64,000 nt of DNA from Opitutales bacterium (GTDB lineage Bacteria > Verrucomicrobiota > Verrucomicrobiia > Opitutales > UBA2987): NCBI GenBank assembly GCA_965226885.1, contig CBDDEL010000015.1:608001-672000 (forward strand), read 5' to 3'. The notes beneath the pieces were generated by a model, which saw only the letters and a list, made by a program, of their open reading frames with translations, was not told the origin of the DNA and ran no database searches. A program made the position numbers and the translations under genes. Positions 53,433 to 64,000 of this stretch are shown in pieces. Numbering within the stretch: position 1 is the stretch's first letter; each line of letters starts with the position of its first letter.

Positions 53433-54126
53433 TTAGGCGGGTGGTGTCGGTGTGGTATTCGAGTTCTTCATAACTTTCGCCATCGGCGGACTCGATAGTA
53501 ACGATGTATTTCCCTTTTTCAGGCCCGACGATATCATTGTAGCCGACTCTGGTCGATCTGGTCTCGAGTAAATGGAACTGGGCTGCGGCGGCGAATTGCC
53601 GGAGGTTGTTCAAAATGGCTTTTTCGGTGGCCGTGCGTTGTAACTGGTCCATGGCCGCCCCGTAGGAGCTAACGATTCGTTTGTAACGGGTCGAAGCCGC
53701 CGTTTTTTCCTCCTCCGTGGCCGGGGTGAGGGCGATGGTCATTTTTTGCACCGGGGATCCCACCGAACTGCTCAAGAGAATCTTGCTTTCAAGAATGGTG
53801 TACTCGCCCAAAATCAGGGTGTCGTCGAAAATGATCAGCAATCGCTCGCCGGGCAGGAATTCGTAGGTCCCGAGGGCATTGTTGACGGTGTTGACGACCT
53901 TGCCGTTTTCCCCAAAGACAAATACCGAAGTCGGCTCCTGCCCGGTGGCGCTGATCAGCCATTCGCCCTTGAACAATTCCTGCGGGCTCTTTTCATCCTG
54001 GGCCGTGGCCGCAAGTGAAAATCCGGCCAGCCAAAGGGTGAACAGGGCATGAAGATAAGGGGAGATGGGAAACGATTTACTTTTTATTCGCATCGCCATC
54101 GAATCTGGTTTGCCGCTAAGACCGAA

Positions 54127-55437
54127 TCATGTCCTTACCTGGCCTTTGCCGAAGATCTGGTATTTGTAGGTGGTTAATTCACGTAATCCCATCGGTCCGC
54201 GGGCATGCAGCCGGTCCGTGGAAATGCCGATCTCGGCCCCCAGCCCAAATTCAAACCCGTCAGTGAAATAAGTGCTGGCGTTCCAGTAAACGGTGGCCGA
54301 ATCCACTTCCCGCAAAAATTTGCGGGCTGTTTCTTCGTTATCGGTGACAATGGCGTCGCTATGGGCGGAACCGTATCGATTTATATTCCCGATGGCCTCG
54401 TCGATATCTGAAACGATTTTGACGGCCAGGATCAAGTCGAGGTATTCCGTATACAAATCTTCTTCTGTCAAGAGTTTGAAAGAAACGCCTTCCGCTCCCC
54501 GCAAAAAGCCTTCACTGGCGCTATCCGTGCGCAGCTCGACGCCTTTTTTTACCAGTGCCCGGGCTACGCGGGGGAGCAGAGCTCCAGCCGCCTCGACATG
54601 GACGAAGAGGTTTTCAATCGAGTTGCAGACACCCGGACGCTGAACTTTGGCATTTATGGTTATGCTCTCCGCCATGTCCGCATCGGCATCTTTGTCCAAA
54701 TAAAGGCAGCAAACTCCCTTGTAATGTTTAATGACAGGAACGAGGGAATTTTCGACCACAAACCGAATGAGACCCTCTCCGCCGCGGGGAATGATACAGT
54801 GGACATACTCGGCCAGCTTGAGCAAGGCGTTGAGAGCCGCGCGGTCCGTAGTGGGAATCAACTGCACGGCGGTAGCGGGAACTTCGTGCCGTTGCAGGGC
54901 CTCCCCGATAAGGGCCGCCAGGGCCGTGTTGGTGTGAAAGGCTTCCTTCCCCCCGCGTAAAATGCAGGCGTTACCACTTTTGAAACAGAGCACGGCGCAA
55001 TCGATGGTAACGTTAGGGCGGGACTCGTAAATGATGCCGATAACGCCGATGGGCACCCGGATTTTGCGGATATCCAAGCCGTTGGGGCGGACGGTTCGCT
55101 CTATCTCCTCGCCCACCGGATCGGGCAGGGCGGCCACCTGCCGGACGCCTTCGGCCATGCCCCGGATTCTCTCCGGCGTGAAGGTAAGGCGGTCCAGCAA
55201 GGCGTTGGAAAGGCCCGACTGGCGCCCAAACTGAAGATCCTTGCCGTTTGTCTCGATCAGATTTTCGACCCGTTCTTCGATCAAATCAGCCAAGGTGGAA
55301 AGCACTTCGTTCTTCTTTTGGGGAGTCAAAGCGGCCAACGCCCTGGAAGCCGAAAGCGCTTTTTTGCCCAGTGAAAGCACCATCGAATCGATGGATTCGC
55401 TTTCAGGGACGGTATCCGTTGTTGAGATTGCGGTCAT
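54127..55437 (-). CDS. proA: Gamma-glutamyl phosphate reductase
   Basis: IYESRPNVT, LRGGKEA, IPRGG, PGVCN and GAEIGIST.RLHARGPMGL motifs. Confidence 0.96.
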   Translation of the reverse strand: MTAISTTDTVPESESIDSMVLSLGKKALSASRALAALTPQKKNEVLSTLADLIEERVENLIETNGKDLQFGRQSGLSNALLDRLTFTPERIRGMAEGVRQVAALPDPVGEEIERTVRPNGLDIRKIRVPIGVIGIIYESRPNVTIDCAVLCFKSGNACILRGGKEAFHTNTALAALIGEALQRHEVPATAVQLIPTTDRAALNALLKLAEYVHCIIPRGGEGLIRFVVENSLVPVIKHYKGVCCLYLDKDADADMAESITINAKVQRPGVCNSIENLFVHVEAAGALLPRVARALVKKGVELRTDSASEGFLRGAEGVSFKLLTEEDLYTEYLDLILAVKIVSDIDEAIGNINRYGSAHSDAIVTDNEETARKFLREVDSATVYWNASTYFTDGFEFGLGAEIGISTDRLHARGPMGLRELTTYKYQIFGKGQVRT

Positions 55438-55481
55438 TTCAAAACAAATTTTTATAGGTAAAACCCCGCACGGGGGCAAGC

Positions 55482-56450
55482 TCAAGGAGAGGTGTATTGG
55501 AGAAGCTCGCGGTAACGTTCTTCGACCAGGGCCGGTCCGGCCGTTTCCAGCCGGTCGCAACTGAAAGCCTCGACGGTCAGGCTGGCGATGGCGGTGGCAT
55601 AGACCATGCCTTGTTTGATCGATTTAAAATCGGTTTTGTCCACCGCGGCCAGATAACCGGCCAGCGCTCCCCCGAATGCGTCGCCGGCCCCGGTCGGGTC
55701 CTGCAAATTTACCACCGGATAGGCCGGCAGGGCGAAATAGCCGTCACGGTGAAAGAGGCAGGCACCGTTTTCGCCTTTCTTGACGATGGCCATGCGGGGG
55801 CCGAGTTCGAGGAGCTTCCAACCAGCTGAAACCAAGTTGCGCTCGCCCGTCAGCATGATGGCCTCGCTGTCGTTGATGGCCAGGCAATCGATGCGTTTGA
55901 TCAAGCTGAGCAATTCGTCGAGCTTGTTATTGATCCAAAGGTCCATCGTATCGGCCACCACAAAACACCGGCCCTGAAGCTGGTCGAGCACATGGATTTG
56001 CAGGTCGGGGCCGATATTGGCAAGCATGAGGTAGGGAGACCGGCGATAACTCTGCGGCAGTTCCGGGCGAAAATGCTCGAATACGTTGAGCTGTGTTTCC
56101 AGCGTTTCCCGGCTGTTGTAGTTTTCGTGGTATTTGCCGGTCCAAAAAAAAGTGGGCCCGGAATCATCCACCTGAAGTCCTTCCAGATCGATCCCGCGGT
56201 TGCGGAAACGCTTGATAAAAGAGTCTTCAAAATCGTTTCCGACCACTCCCACCAGGCGGACAGGCGTAAAATAGCTGGCCGCCAGACTGGCAAAGGAAGC
56301 CGCCCCCCCGAGTATGCGCTCTCCCGTCATGACGGGCGTAATGATATTGTCGAAAGCCACCGAACCCACCACGAGAACGGGTGAGGAAACATCGGAGGGG
56401 GTTTGTAGAACCAATTTTTCAGCGATTTTGGGCACAGCTATAGGACTCAA
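55482..56450 (-). CDS. PfkB family carbohydrate/nucleoside kinase
   Basis: GSVAFD, LGGAA and DPTGAGDAF motifs. Confidence 0.9.
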   Translation of the reverse strand: MSPIAVPKIAEKLVLQTPSDVSSPVLVVGSVAFDNIITPVMTGERILGGAASFASLAASYFTPVRLVGVVGNDFEDSFIKRFRNRGIDLEGLQVDDSGPTFFWTGKYHENYNSRETLETQLNVFEHFRPELPQSYRRSPYLMLANIGPDLQIHVLDQLQGRCFVVADTMDLWINNKLDELLSLIKRIDCLAINDSEAIMLTGERNLVSAGWKLLELGPRMAIVKKGENGACLFHRDGYFALPAYPVVNLQDPTGAGDAFGGALAGYLAAVDKTDFKSIKQGMVYATAIASLTVEAFSCDRLETAGPALVEERYRELLQYTSP

Positions 56451-56474
56451 ATTATCGGTAAGGATTTTCCAGCC

Positions 56475-56909
56475 TTAATTGGAAACGGTCAAAGATGTAA
56501 CTGTCAGCGGCTCATCGTCAATCTCAATCACCACGCTGTAATCGCCCGGTTTTTCAAAAATGAGGTTCTGGATGTCGTTAATCAAGTTGATCCTATGGAT
56601 AGGGCTTTTCGATTCAAAAGGCCGCTGAACGATGACTTTCAGCTCCTCGGTCAAGATGCCCATGGATATTTTCAAAGAGTGCTTCCCCACAGAAACGTCC
56701 GAAATAGTGAGAAACCAGACCATACGGGGGTGCCTGGCGGGAAACTTGCGAACCCGAATGTTGGAGAAAGTCCCCATGATATAATGCTTCCCCGTGGATG
56801 GGTCGATATGGACGCCATCGCACATCATCCAACAAAGCAGCTGCGGTTTTACATTCACTTCAAACTCAAATCTTGACTCAAAATGGGCCAAACTCTCTTC
56901 AATTACCAA
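56475..56909 (-). CDS. Conserved hypothetical beta-rich protein (start uncertain)
   Basis: CD..H.DP.TGK..IMGTF and F.KPGDY motifs; co-directional with pfkB-proA. Confidence 0.7.
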   Translation of the reverse strand: MVIEESLAHFESRFEFEVNVKPQLLCWMMCDGVHIDPSTGKHYIMGTFSNIRVRKFPARHPRMVWFLTISDVSVGKHSLKISMGILTEELKVIVQRPFESKSPIHRINLINDIQNLIFEKPGDYSVVIEIDDEPLTVTSLTVSN

Positions 56910-57002
56910 CCATTTAATGGAATAAGCTGTTGAAAATTTTTTCCGGTCCCTATTCGAGTATTGCCGGTGGGGGGTTCACATTTAAGGGCCGGCTAATTCT
57001 GA

Positions 57003-58347
57003 TTGCCGATATCCAACGATTCTACCTATATTTCTACCGCTCCCGATAAGAGTTCGTTTGCTTCAGCTCTCCTACAACAACCGGCATACAAGGTGAAACA
57101 CTTGGATCAAGATACCGCCAGCCTGTGGAGGAATGGCGATTTTTTAAAATTCTGGTCTGCTCAGACGATTTCTCTCTTTGGGTGGGTGGTGACAAGGGAT
57201 GCGCTGCCCATGGCCGCCATCCTGGTGCTCTCCGCCAGCCCCATTGAAATTTCTGTTTTAATGGCGGCGAGCGCCATGGCGCCTCTCTCAATCGGGTTTC
57301 TGGCCGGTGTTTGGGTGGACCGGGTCCGGCGCAAACCGATATTGATAACCTGCGATATCGCCCAGGCCATTTTGCTCTTCACCATACCCCTGGCTGCTTA
57401 CAAAGGGACGCTTTCCATTGTGCATCTCATCCTCATCGCCTTTCTCTCCGGTTGCTTCGCGGTGGTTTCCAAAGTTGCCGATCAGTCGCTTTTGCCTTCC
57501 ATTCTGAGAAAGGATGAACTGCTGGAAGGAAACTCCAAACTGGAAATGAGCGGCGCTCTTTCCGAGGTCGGTGGAGCCTCCATGGCCGGAATATTGGTTC
57601 AAATTTTTACCGCGCCAATGGCAATCCTCATCGATGCGTTTTCGTTTCTTGTTTCCGCCGCCACTCTGGCAACCATTAAGAAAAAAGAGAGCCTCATGCG
57701 ACCAAAGCTCCAAAATGTGAAGGCCTCTTTCTGGATGGAATTCAAGCTGGGAATATCCACGGTTTGGGAGAAAGCCCAACTGAGGCACATGCTCGTGGTG
57801 CAAATGGCTTTGGCCTTCTTTGGGGGAATGGTGGGAGCGATTTATTATCTATTCGCTCTCAATGAAGCCGGGCTCAACCCGATGCTATTGGGTTTTCTGG
57901 TCGGGAGTGGCGGTGTCGGTTCACTCATTGGGGCAACCCTCGTAAAGCGGGTCAGGGACCGATTGGGATTTACCCGCGCCGTCAGTTTCGGAATTGCCCT
58001 TAATGCGGCCTTTATAGTATTCCTCTCCATGACCCAGGGAACGTTATTAATTATCATTGCCTTTTTTCTTGCGCAGCAGATTTTTGGCGATGCGGCACGG
58101 ACTTCAGTTTATATTAATTTTACCACAAACCACAAAACTGCAAATCGATAGCCCCGCGAAATTCCTCGGCAGGGTATCATCGATATTTAACGTTCTACCA
58201 TCAATGGCAGGATTGCTGGGGTTATTTGCGGGTGGCCTTTTCGGTGAATTTCTTGGGCTACGATTAACGTTGGTTATGGCGGGAGCCGGTGATTTATTGG
58301 TTGCTTTGATGGCCTATCATTTATTTTCAACGATTGGGAAACGGTGA
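57003..58347 (+). pseudogene. MFS transporter frameshifted by a 7-bp duplication
   Basis: GVWVDRVRRK motif A. ACCACAA is duplicated at 58122-58135; removing one copy restores ..FTTKLQIDSPAKFLGRV. Confidence 0.88.
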
Positions 58348-58351
58348 GGTA

Positions 58352-61202
58352 ATGGCTTCAAAATATCCCCATAGATTTAGCAATTACATGAATATTCGTG
58401 TGTTTGCAGTGAGTCTTCTTGCTTTGCCATTTATGCCGGTTCTCCTGGGCCAGGAGGGCGATACTTTCCAATCGCTGCTGCAAAAATCAATCCTTGCCTT
58501 TCAGTCGGGCCGGTATGAAGCGGCAGCCGATTTCTTCGATTCACTCGAACTCCAATTTTCCGAGGAGGACGATTATAAATCGGAAAGCCTTCAGAAAATA
58601 CTCCTGCCCATGCGCGGCTATTGCCTCTTGCAAACGGACCGGGCGGGCCAGGCGGCGGAAACTTTCGAATATTTTTTGCAAACTTATGGGGGAAAAAGCC
58701 TGAGGCAGAATTTCGTAATTTACCATCTTGCCCAAGCCTATGAACAAACCGATGAGACGGAAAAAGCGATTCTTTATTTCCAGCAGTTTGAATCGGAAAA
58801 CGCTAAACGGCCCGAAGCCGCCCTGGCCGCCATGAGAAGAGCCGAGTTGCTGAAAAAATCGGGTCGAAACATGGAATCGATTCAGTTGTTCAATCGTATT
58901 TACGACGGCAGGGCGCCTATCGCAGTCAAAAGGCAGGCGCGATTGCGGGCTTTGCAAGTCTCGATAGAGGCCGGCCAACTCGACACCGCGCGGAATATCC
59001 TGCTGACCACCCGGTGGAAAATCGAAACCATGCCGGAATTGGCTGCCCTCGCCTTTGCCGCCCTCCACACCGCCGATCAATTGCTGGCTGAGAATCGTTA
59101 CTCGGAGGCCATTCGCTGCTACCGCCTGGTTCCTCCTCAAAAAGTGTTGCTCAATAAACAAGAGGAGCGATTGAGTGAATCGAGGGCATTGATGAGAAAA
59201 AACGCCCGGTTGTCCGCGGAACCCGCCAAAACGCTCTGGGAGGAGTATTACTCCGGACTCATCCGGCAGTTGGAAACGGACTTCGAGTTTTTACAAAAAT
59301 CGGAGGATTATACGGGCAGCTTTTTGCTGCGTTATGGGCAAAGTCTGCTCCTGGCCAACCGGGGCGAGGAAGCCTGGCTCGTATTCCAGAGGCTGGCGGA
59401 GGATTCCGGCTTTGCCCAAAAAATTCATACCGAGGGGCATTACCGCTGGATGTTGGCCGCGCGCTCCCTGCAAATGTGGGACGAGTTGCTCGATATCGCC
59501 CAATCTTTTCAAAACCGCTACGCAGACTCCCCTCTCATGCCAGAAGTCTTCTACCTGGAGGCGGAAATCCATAAGGAACTTCGCCATTTTGAAAAGGCGG
59601 ACTCTTTGCTGGGCGACCTGTTGGCCCGCTACCCCAACCATGCCCGGCAGCCTCGATGGTTATTCACGCGGGGGCATTGTCGCGTCCTCGGCGGGCGTTA
59701 CCCTGAAGCCAGGGAGGATCTCACCCTGTGCCTTCAAGCCAATGCGGAAACCGGTTTAGGGAACGAAGCCCGTCTCTGGCATGCCTTGTCCCGGTTTTTT
59801 GAGAAAGACTACCCAACTGCCCTGGAGGATTTGGCGGCCCTGGCGGAGGCTCTCCAAAACAGTCCCCTGGAGCCAGAAACCGCCTACTGGATGGCCGCTA
59901 CCCACTATGCGTTGAAAGATTATGGCAAGGCCCTCGAGAGGATCGATTTTTACCTAAAAACATTCTCCGGCCATCGGCGGGAAGGAGAGGCGTCCGTCCT
60001 GAGGGGCGATATTTTAATGGGACAAGGCGAGCTTTTGGGCGCCGCCGTGGCCTTCGCCAAGGTAGGCCCGGAAGCGGAAAACCTCTTTCCCTATGCCGTT
60101 TTCCAGACCGGCAAAATCTACCGCGCGATGGAAGAATACAAGCGCATGGCGGATCATTTCGAACGTTACCTGGGGCGAACGGACCTGCCGGAAAAACTAA
60201 AGAAAAGCGAGGCCCTCTACTGGACTGGCTGGGCTTATGAGCAGATGGGAGAAATAGACCGCGCCTATCCGGTTTTCCGCCAAGCCCTTGATACCTATGG
60301 TAACGATGCGGAGGCTTCTGAAATTCAAATCATATTAAAATCCCTGCACCGCCTCCATAATAAACAAGGATCTCAACCCGCCGAAACCTTCGCCCTATGG
60401 CTGCGGGAAGAGAGAGAAAACCTTGGCTGAAAAAAGGTTGACCTATCACTCGCGCCTGAACCTTTACCAGGCGAATCTCTATCGTGCCGGTAAACTACAT
60501 GATGAGGCCAGGGCCCTCATGTTGGAAACGATCCGCAACACGCCCCTCGACTCTCTGGGGGCTGAATTTCTGGGCCGGGCCGGACTTCTTCTGGTCAAAC
60601 TTGGGTTTCCTTCGGCGGAGGGATACTTCACCGCGCTGGTGGAACGGTTCCCACATCGACAGGAAACGGCCGTCGGCTATTTTGGTTTGGCCCGGTCGCA
60701 TTATAATAGCCATCATCCCGGCCTGGCGCTGCCTTGGCTGGAAAAACTGGCCGAAGAATGGCCGCTGCACCCAATCGCAATGGAGGCGGCTCTTTTGCGG
60801 GGAAAAATCCTCGTTGACCTTGGAAAACCCCGGCTGGCGATTGTGCGATACGAGGAAGTCCTCAAACTGAAATCGGCCCGCGGCCGCCCACATGCCGAGG
60901 CACTGGAAGGGATCGGCCATGCCTACCGGCTCTTGCGCGAACCGGAAAAAGCCATCGGTTATTATCAACGCATTTACACCGTATATCGGGCTTACAATGA
61001 TCTGGTGGCCGCCTCCTATCTGGAAAGCGCGAACCTTTTTGAGGAACTTTCCAACCCACGGGCGGCCCGCGACACCCTGGCCGAATTTCTCGATGATCCC
61101 CAACTAGGGGAACCGGAAACGCGATCCCTGGCCCGCCGGGAACACAACCGCCTCGATTCCATGCTGGCCCTGGATGCGAACCCGGCAGACCCATCGCCAT
61201 AA
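58352..61202 (+). pseudogene. Large secreted TPR protein, probably frameshifted at ~60410-60423
   Basis: TPR repeats continue in both frames. An (AG)4 tract lies at the junction, and the second ORF has only a TTG start. Confidence 0.68.
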
Positions 61203-61215
61203 ACAAAGATCGACC

Positions 61216-62124
61216 ATGAAACTTGGACCCAATCTTATAATTATCCGCATACTCCTTGTAAGCCTCGCTTTTTGCCTGTCGGTAAAAAAGGCAACTTGCC
61301 TGGTGGAATCCGAAATTATGACCCTCCTGTCGGGGCCGGCCACGGCAGTCGTAAAAAACGGCTCCACCTACAAGGGCAAATTTTCTCGAACGAACCAGGG
61401 AGATTTGCAAATTCTGATTGAATCCGGTGAAGGAGAGGCCATTTTGACCTTTGGGCCTGAGGAAATCGAAACTTTGATTTTTCCCGGCGCCGCTTTGATC
61501 TCTCTGGCGCAGGAATGGGTGCGGGACGGCAATTTGGCGGAGGCACAACCCTTGCTCCTGGCCCTCTACCGTCAAAGGCGGAGCTATTTGCCATTTTTAG
61601 CCGATTCCGATGTGCTGCTATTCACCGCTTTGCCGGAGGCTTCGCTACTCGGCGGCCAACCGGAGGATGCCATCGCCATAGCGCAAAATCTACTGCCTTA
61701 TTTAACCAGCGAACCGCTGCGGGAGAAACTCCGGGCGGCCGTGCTCCTGGGTTATTTTCGGATGGGGTTGAAGGAGGAGGCGAAAAACCTGGCCGCCGAC
61801 TGGATTGCCCGGCAAGACCTATATGGCGACTCCGCGCTCGGATGGTGGATTCAGGCCCGGATTGATTTCGAGGCAAAAAACTTCACCAGCGCACTATGGA
61901 CGAGCCTGCACCCCATAGTTTTCTCCGGTCAGATGCCGATGGCCTATTTAAGCGATTGCTATGCCCTCGCCATTGCAGCCAGCCATGAGTTGCAAATAGA
62001 GGAAAAAGCCCATTTGCTCCTCAGTGAAATGCAGACGCGGGGCTTCCATTGGCCCGAGGATGAATTCTTCACTCGTTACCGGCTTTTATATGATGAAAAA
62101 TCCCAAGACTCCACCAACCAATAG
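61216..62124 (+). CDS. Hypothetical exported protein of the TPR/ExbB cluster
   Basis: N-terminal hydrophobic segment, helical content, operon position. Confidence 0.65.
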   Translation: MKLGPNLIIIRILLVSLAFCLSVKKATCLVESEIMTLLSGPATAVVKNGSTYKGKFSRTNQGDLQILIESGEGEAILTFGPEEIETLIFPGAALISLAQEWVRDGNLAEAQPLLLALYRQRRSYLPFLADSDVLLFTALPEASLLGGQPEDAIAIAQNLLPYLTSEPLREKLRAAVLLGYFRMGLKEEAKNLAADWIARQDLYGDSALGWWIQARIDFEAKNFTSALWTSLHPIVFSGQMPMAYLSDCYALAIAASHELQIEEKAHLLLSEMQTRGFHWPEDEFFTRYRLLYDEKSQDSTNQ

Positions 62125-62134
62125 TTTTCCATTA

Positions 62135-62938
62135 ATGGAAGCGCCTTGCGCAAGTTCCGTTTGGCTCCTTTTTGTCGTTATTTCGGGTTTCATAGTGATT
62201 CACAATCAGGCCAACGCGATGAGGACCGCTCCCACGGTTTTTTTTGGTCAGACGGAAGGCAAAAGCCTGTGGGGATTGCTCGAACAGGGAGGCTGAGCCA
62301 TGTATCCCCTCGCTCTATGCTGCCTGGCCCTGTTTTTTTTGATCATCTACGGGTGGCGGGAAACCAGCCGGGCTAAATTTCTTCCCGATTCGATAATCGA
62401 AGAACTCCGAGCCTTGCTGCACGGACGCAACCTAAATGCAGCTGGAAAAATTCTGACACAGCACCCCAGCGTGCTTTCGAGATCCCTGCAAACAGCCCTG
62501 CAAAGGGCTTGCCCGGACATGGTGGACGCCAACAAGGAAAAAGTCGAAGCCTCCTTCGTGGAAGTGATGGAAAGCGAGGAATACAACATCGGACAATGGA
62601 TCCATTACCTCAATGTAGTGGCCGCTGTGTCACCCATGATCGGTTTGCTCGGCACCGTCAGCGGTATGATTGGGGCCTTTTCTACCATATCAAGCGGGGG
62701 CATGGGACGACCCGAAATGCTGGCAGGCGATATCGGCGAAGCCCTCATCACCACCGCCACCGGGTTGGTCATCGGCATTCCCGCCATGATTGCCTATTTC
62801 ATTCTCAAAAACCGCCTCGGCAACCAGATGCTGGCCACCGCCCAAACCGCCAACCGTCTCATCGAACACCTCGCCGACGAAATTGAACCGGTAAAAACCA
62901 GCCACCACCCACAGCAGTCTTCCGAATCAACCCTGTAA
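62135..62938 (+). pseudogene. MotA/TolQ/ExbB proton channel with in-frame TGA
   Basis: LLEQGG*AMYPL..SPMIGLLGTVSGMI.AF..GEALITTATGL. The TGA is at 62294-62296. Confidence 0.82.
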
Positions 62939-62971
62939 TTTAAATTTTTAAAAACTACATTGAGGCAGGGC

Positions 62972-63373
62972 ATGGAAGAAATCACTTTCGAAGAGATATC
63001 GGGGCGCCTCCATGATTGTACATTGCCTCCGGTTAACTGTGTCGTCGGCATTTTGGATGGCGGCCTGGTCCCGGCCTCCCTCCTGGCCCACCAACTAAAA
63101 GTTCCCCTCGCTTTTCTGCGCATCAATTACAGGGATGCGGCCAACCATCCGCGCCACAAACGCCCGATTTTGCTGGCAAAGTGCGATCCGTTACCAAGCG
63201 GAGGGACCTTGCTCCTGGTCGATGATGTATCCGTTTCCGGACAAACATTGCAAACAGCTAAAGAGCAACTGAGCCATTGCCGAGTCATAACCCTCGTCCT
63301 CAAAGGCAAAGCTGACTATGTAATCTTTCCGGAAATCGAAGATTGTATCAACTGGCCCTGGAAAGCGCTTTAA
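62972..63373 (+). CDS. Type I phosphoribosyltransferase
   Basis: PRPP loop LLVDDVSVSGQTL. Confidence 0.85.
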   Translation: MEEITFEEISGRLHDCTLPPVNCVVGILDGGLVPASLLAHQLKVPLAFLRINYRDAANHPRHKRPILLAKCDPLPSGGTLLLVDDVSVSGQTLQTAKEQLSHCRVITLVLKGKADYVIFPEIEDCINWPWKAL

Positions 63374-63401
63374 GTAAGATTAATTTGGAGTAAAATTATC
63401 G

Positions 63402-64000
63402 ATGATTATTTCAAAATTTCTGTATCGCTCAACCATTGTGTTCTTATCGCTACTGTCATTTAGTTTGAACAGCTATTGCGGCCCGGATGAAATTTTTGAT
63501 CGGGCCAGAGAAAACGGCTTGTTGGCTAACGAGGGCTTGCGGCGTTCGCAGAATTATGTCCGCGGTTGGCTGAGACATGCCGATCCGGACTCCGGGTTAA
63601 TCCCGAGAAATCTAGATTGGAAAATTTATTCCCAGAAATCCAGAAAAGGCGGCAGAAATATTTGGAACGCCAAGGATGCCGCAGCCGACAATTATCCTTT
63701 CATGGTTCTGACCTGCGCCTTAACGGATGAGAAACTCTTTGCGGGGCGGATGCTGTCGATGTTGCATAGCGAAATGGAACTGACCTCCCGCATCGATCGT
63801 CTTCCGGACACCTATCATTTTTCAAAAAAACGGTTTCAAAATCGAAAACCGACTCTCGAGGCCATCATTTTCGGCTCGTCCGAATATATAAAAGACGGGC
63901 TTTTGCCGCTCACTGAATGGCTGGGGCCGAGCCCCTGGAGCGAACGCATGATCGGCATGCTCGACGACTTGTGGAAACACGCTCCGGTGCAAACGCCTTA
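63402..64000 (+). CDS. Secreted hypothetical protein (3'-partial; not in the ORF track)
   Basis: ATG at 63402, signal peptide, open to the window end (..GLIPRNL..WNAKDAAADNYPFMVLT..). Confidence 0.75.
   Translation, partial: MIISKFLYRSTIVFLSLLSFSLNSYCGPDEIFDRARENGLLANEGLRRSQNYVRGWLRHADPDSGLIPRNLDWKIYSQKSRKGGRNIWNAKDAAADNYPFMVLTCALTDEKLFAGRMLSMLHSEMELTSRIDRLPDTYHFSKKRFQNRKPTLEAIIFGSSEYIKDGLLPLTEWLGPSPWSERMIGMLDDLWKHAPVQTP

Larger units (their letters stand above)
50239..54099 (-). pseudogene. Secreted protein with pilin-like C-terminal segment, split by an IS1380 dimer
   Basis: Signal peptide and AILNNLRQFAAAAQ motif. The frame ..DTTRL|SVTTKSGQTVNYDF* rejoins across 50287-53432. Confidence 0.75.

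Noticed and set aside
31565..62296. Stop-codon reassignment explaining the in-frame stops
   Set aside because: The three cases use three different stops (TAG, TAA, TGA), each one substitution from the expected codon. All three codons terminate normal genes in this window.

Overview
A bacterial chromosomal window, probably Verrucomicrobiota/Opitutae. That assignment is an inference from the DUF5069, helical-repeat and pilin-like proteins. The backbone carries tsaD, tdh, kbl, moeB, manC, ruvX, lutAB, lhgO, a TRAP system with four binding proteins, a Gld-like ABC system, proA, a PfkB kinase and a TPR/ExbB cluster. It is being degraded by IS expansion (4 IS1380 copies, 2 classical IS1, 1 IS3, 1 IS21, 1 IS5/ISNCY-like), short tandem duplications, likely microhomology deletions and nonsense codons. 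The standout feature is a cargo-carrying IS1-family transposon at 12056-20473, bounded by perfect 18-bp inverted repeats and an 8-bp target duplication, with three other IS nested inside it. Removing them restores a 2525-bp element. It holds a single-ORF transposase coupled to two small genes and a divergent P63C-domain gene. Six nt after the P63C stop lies a 72-nt tRNA/tmRNA-like RNA with a G3:U70 acceptor stem and T-arm but no proper anticodon arm. This protein plus tRNA-mimic pair is my best candidate for an undescribed system. All family assignments come from motif recognition by eye; no searches were run.
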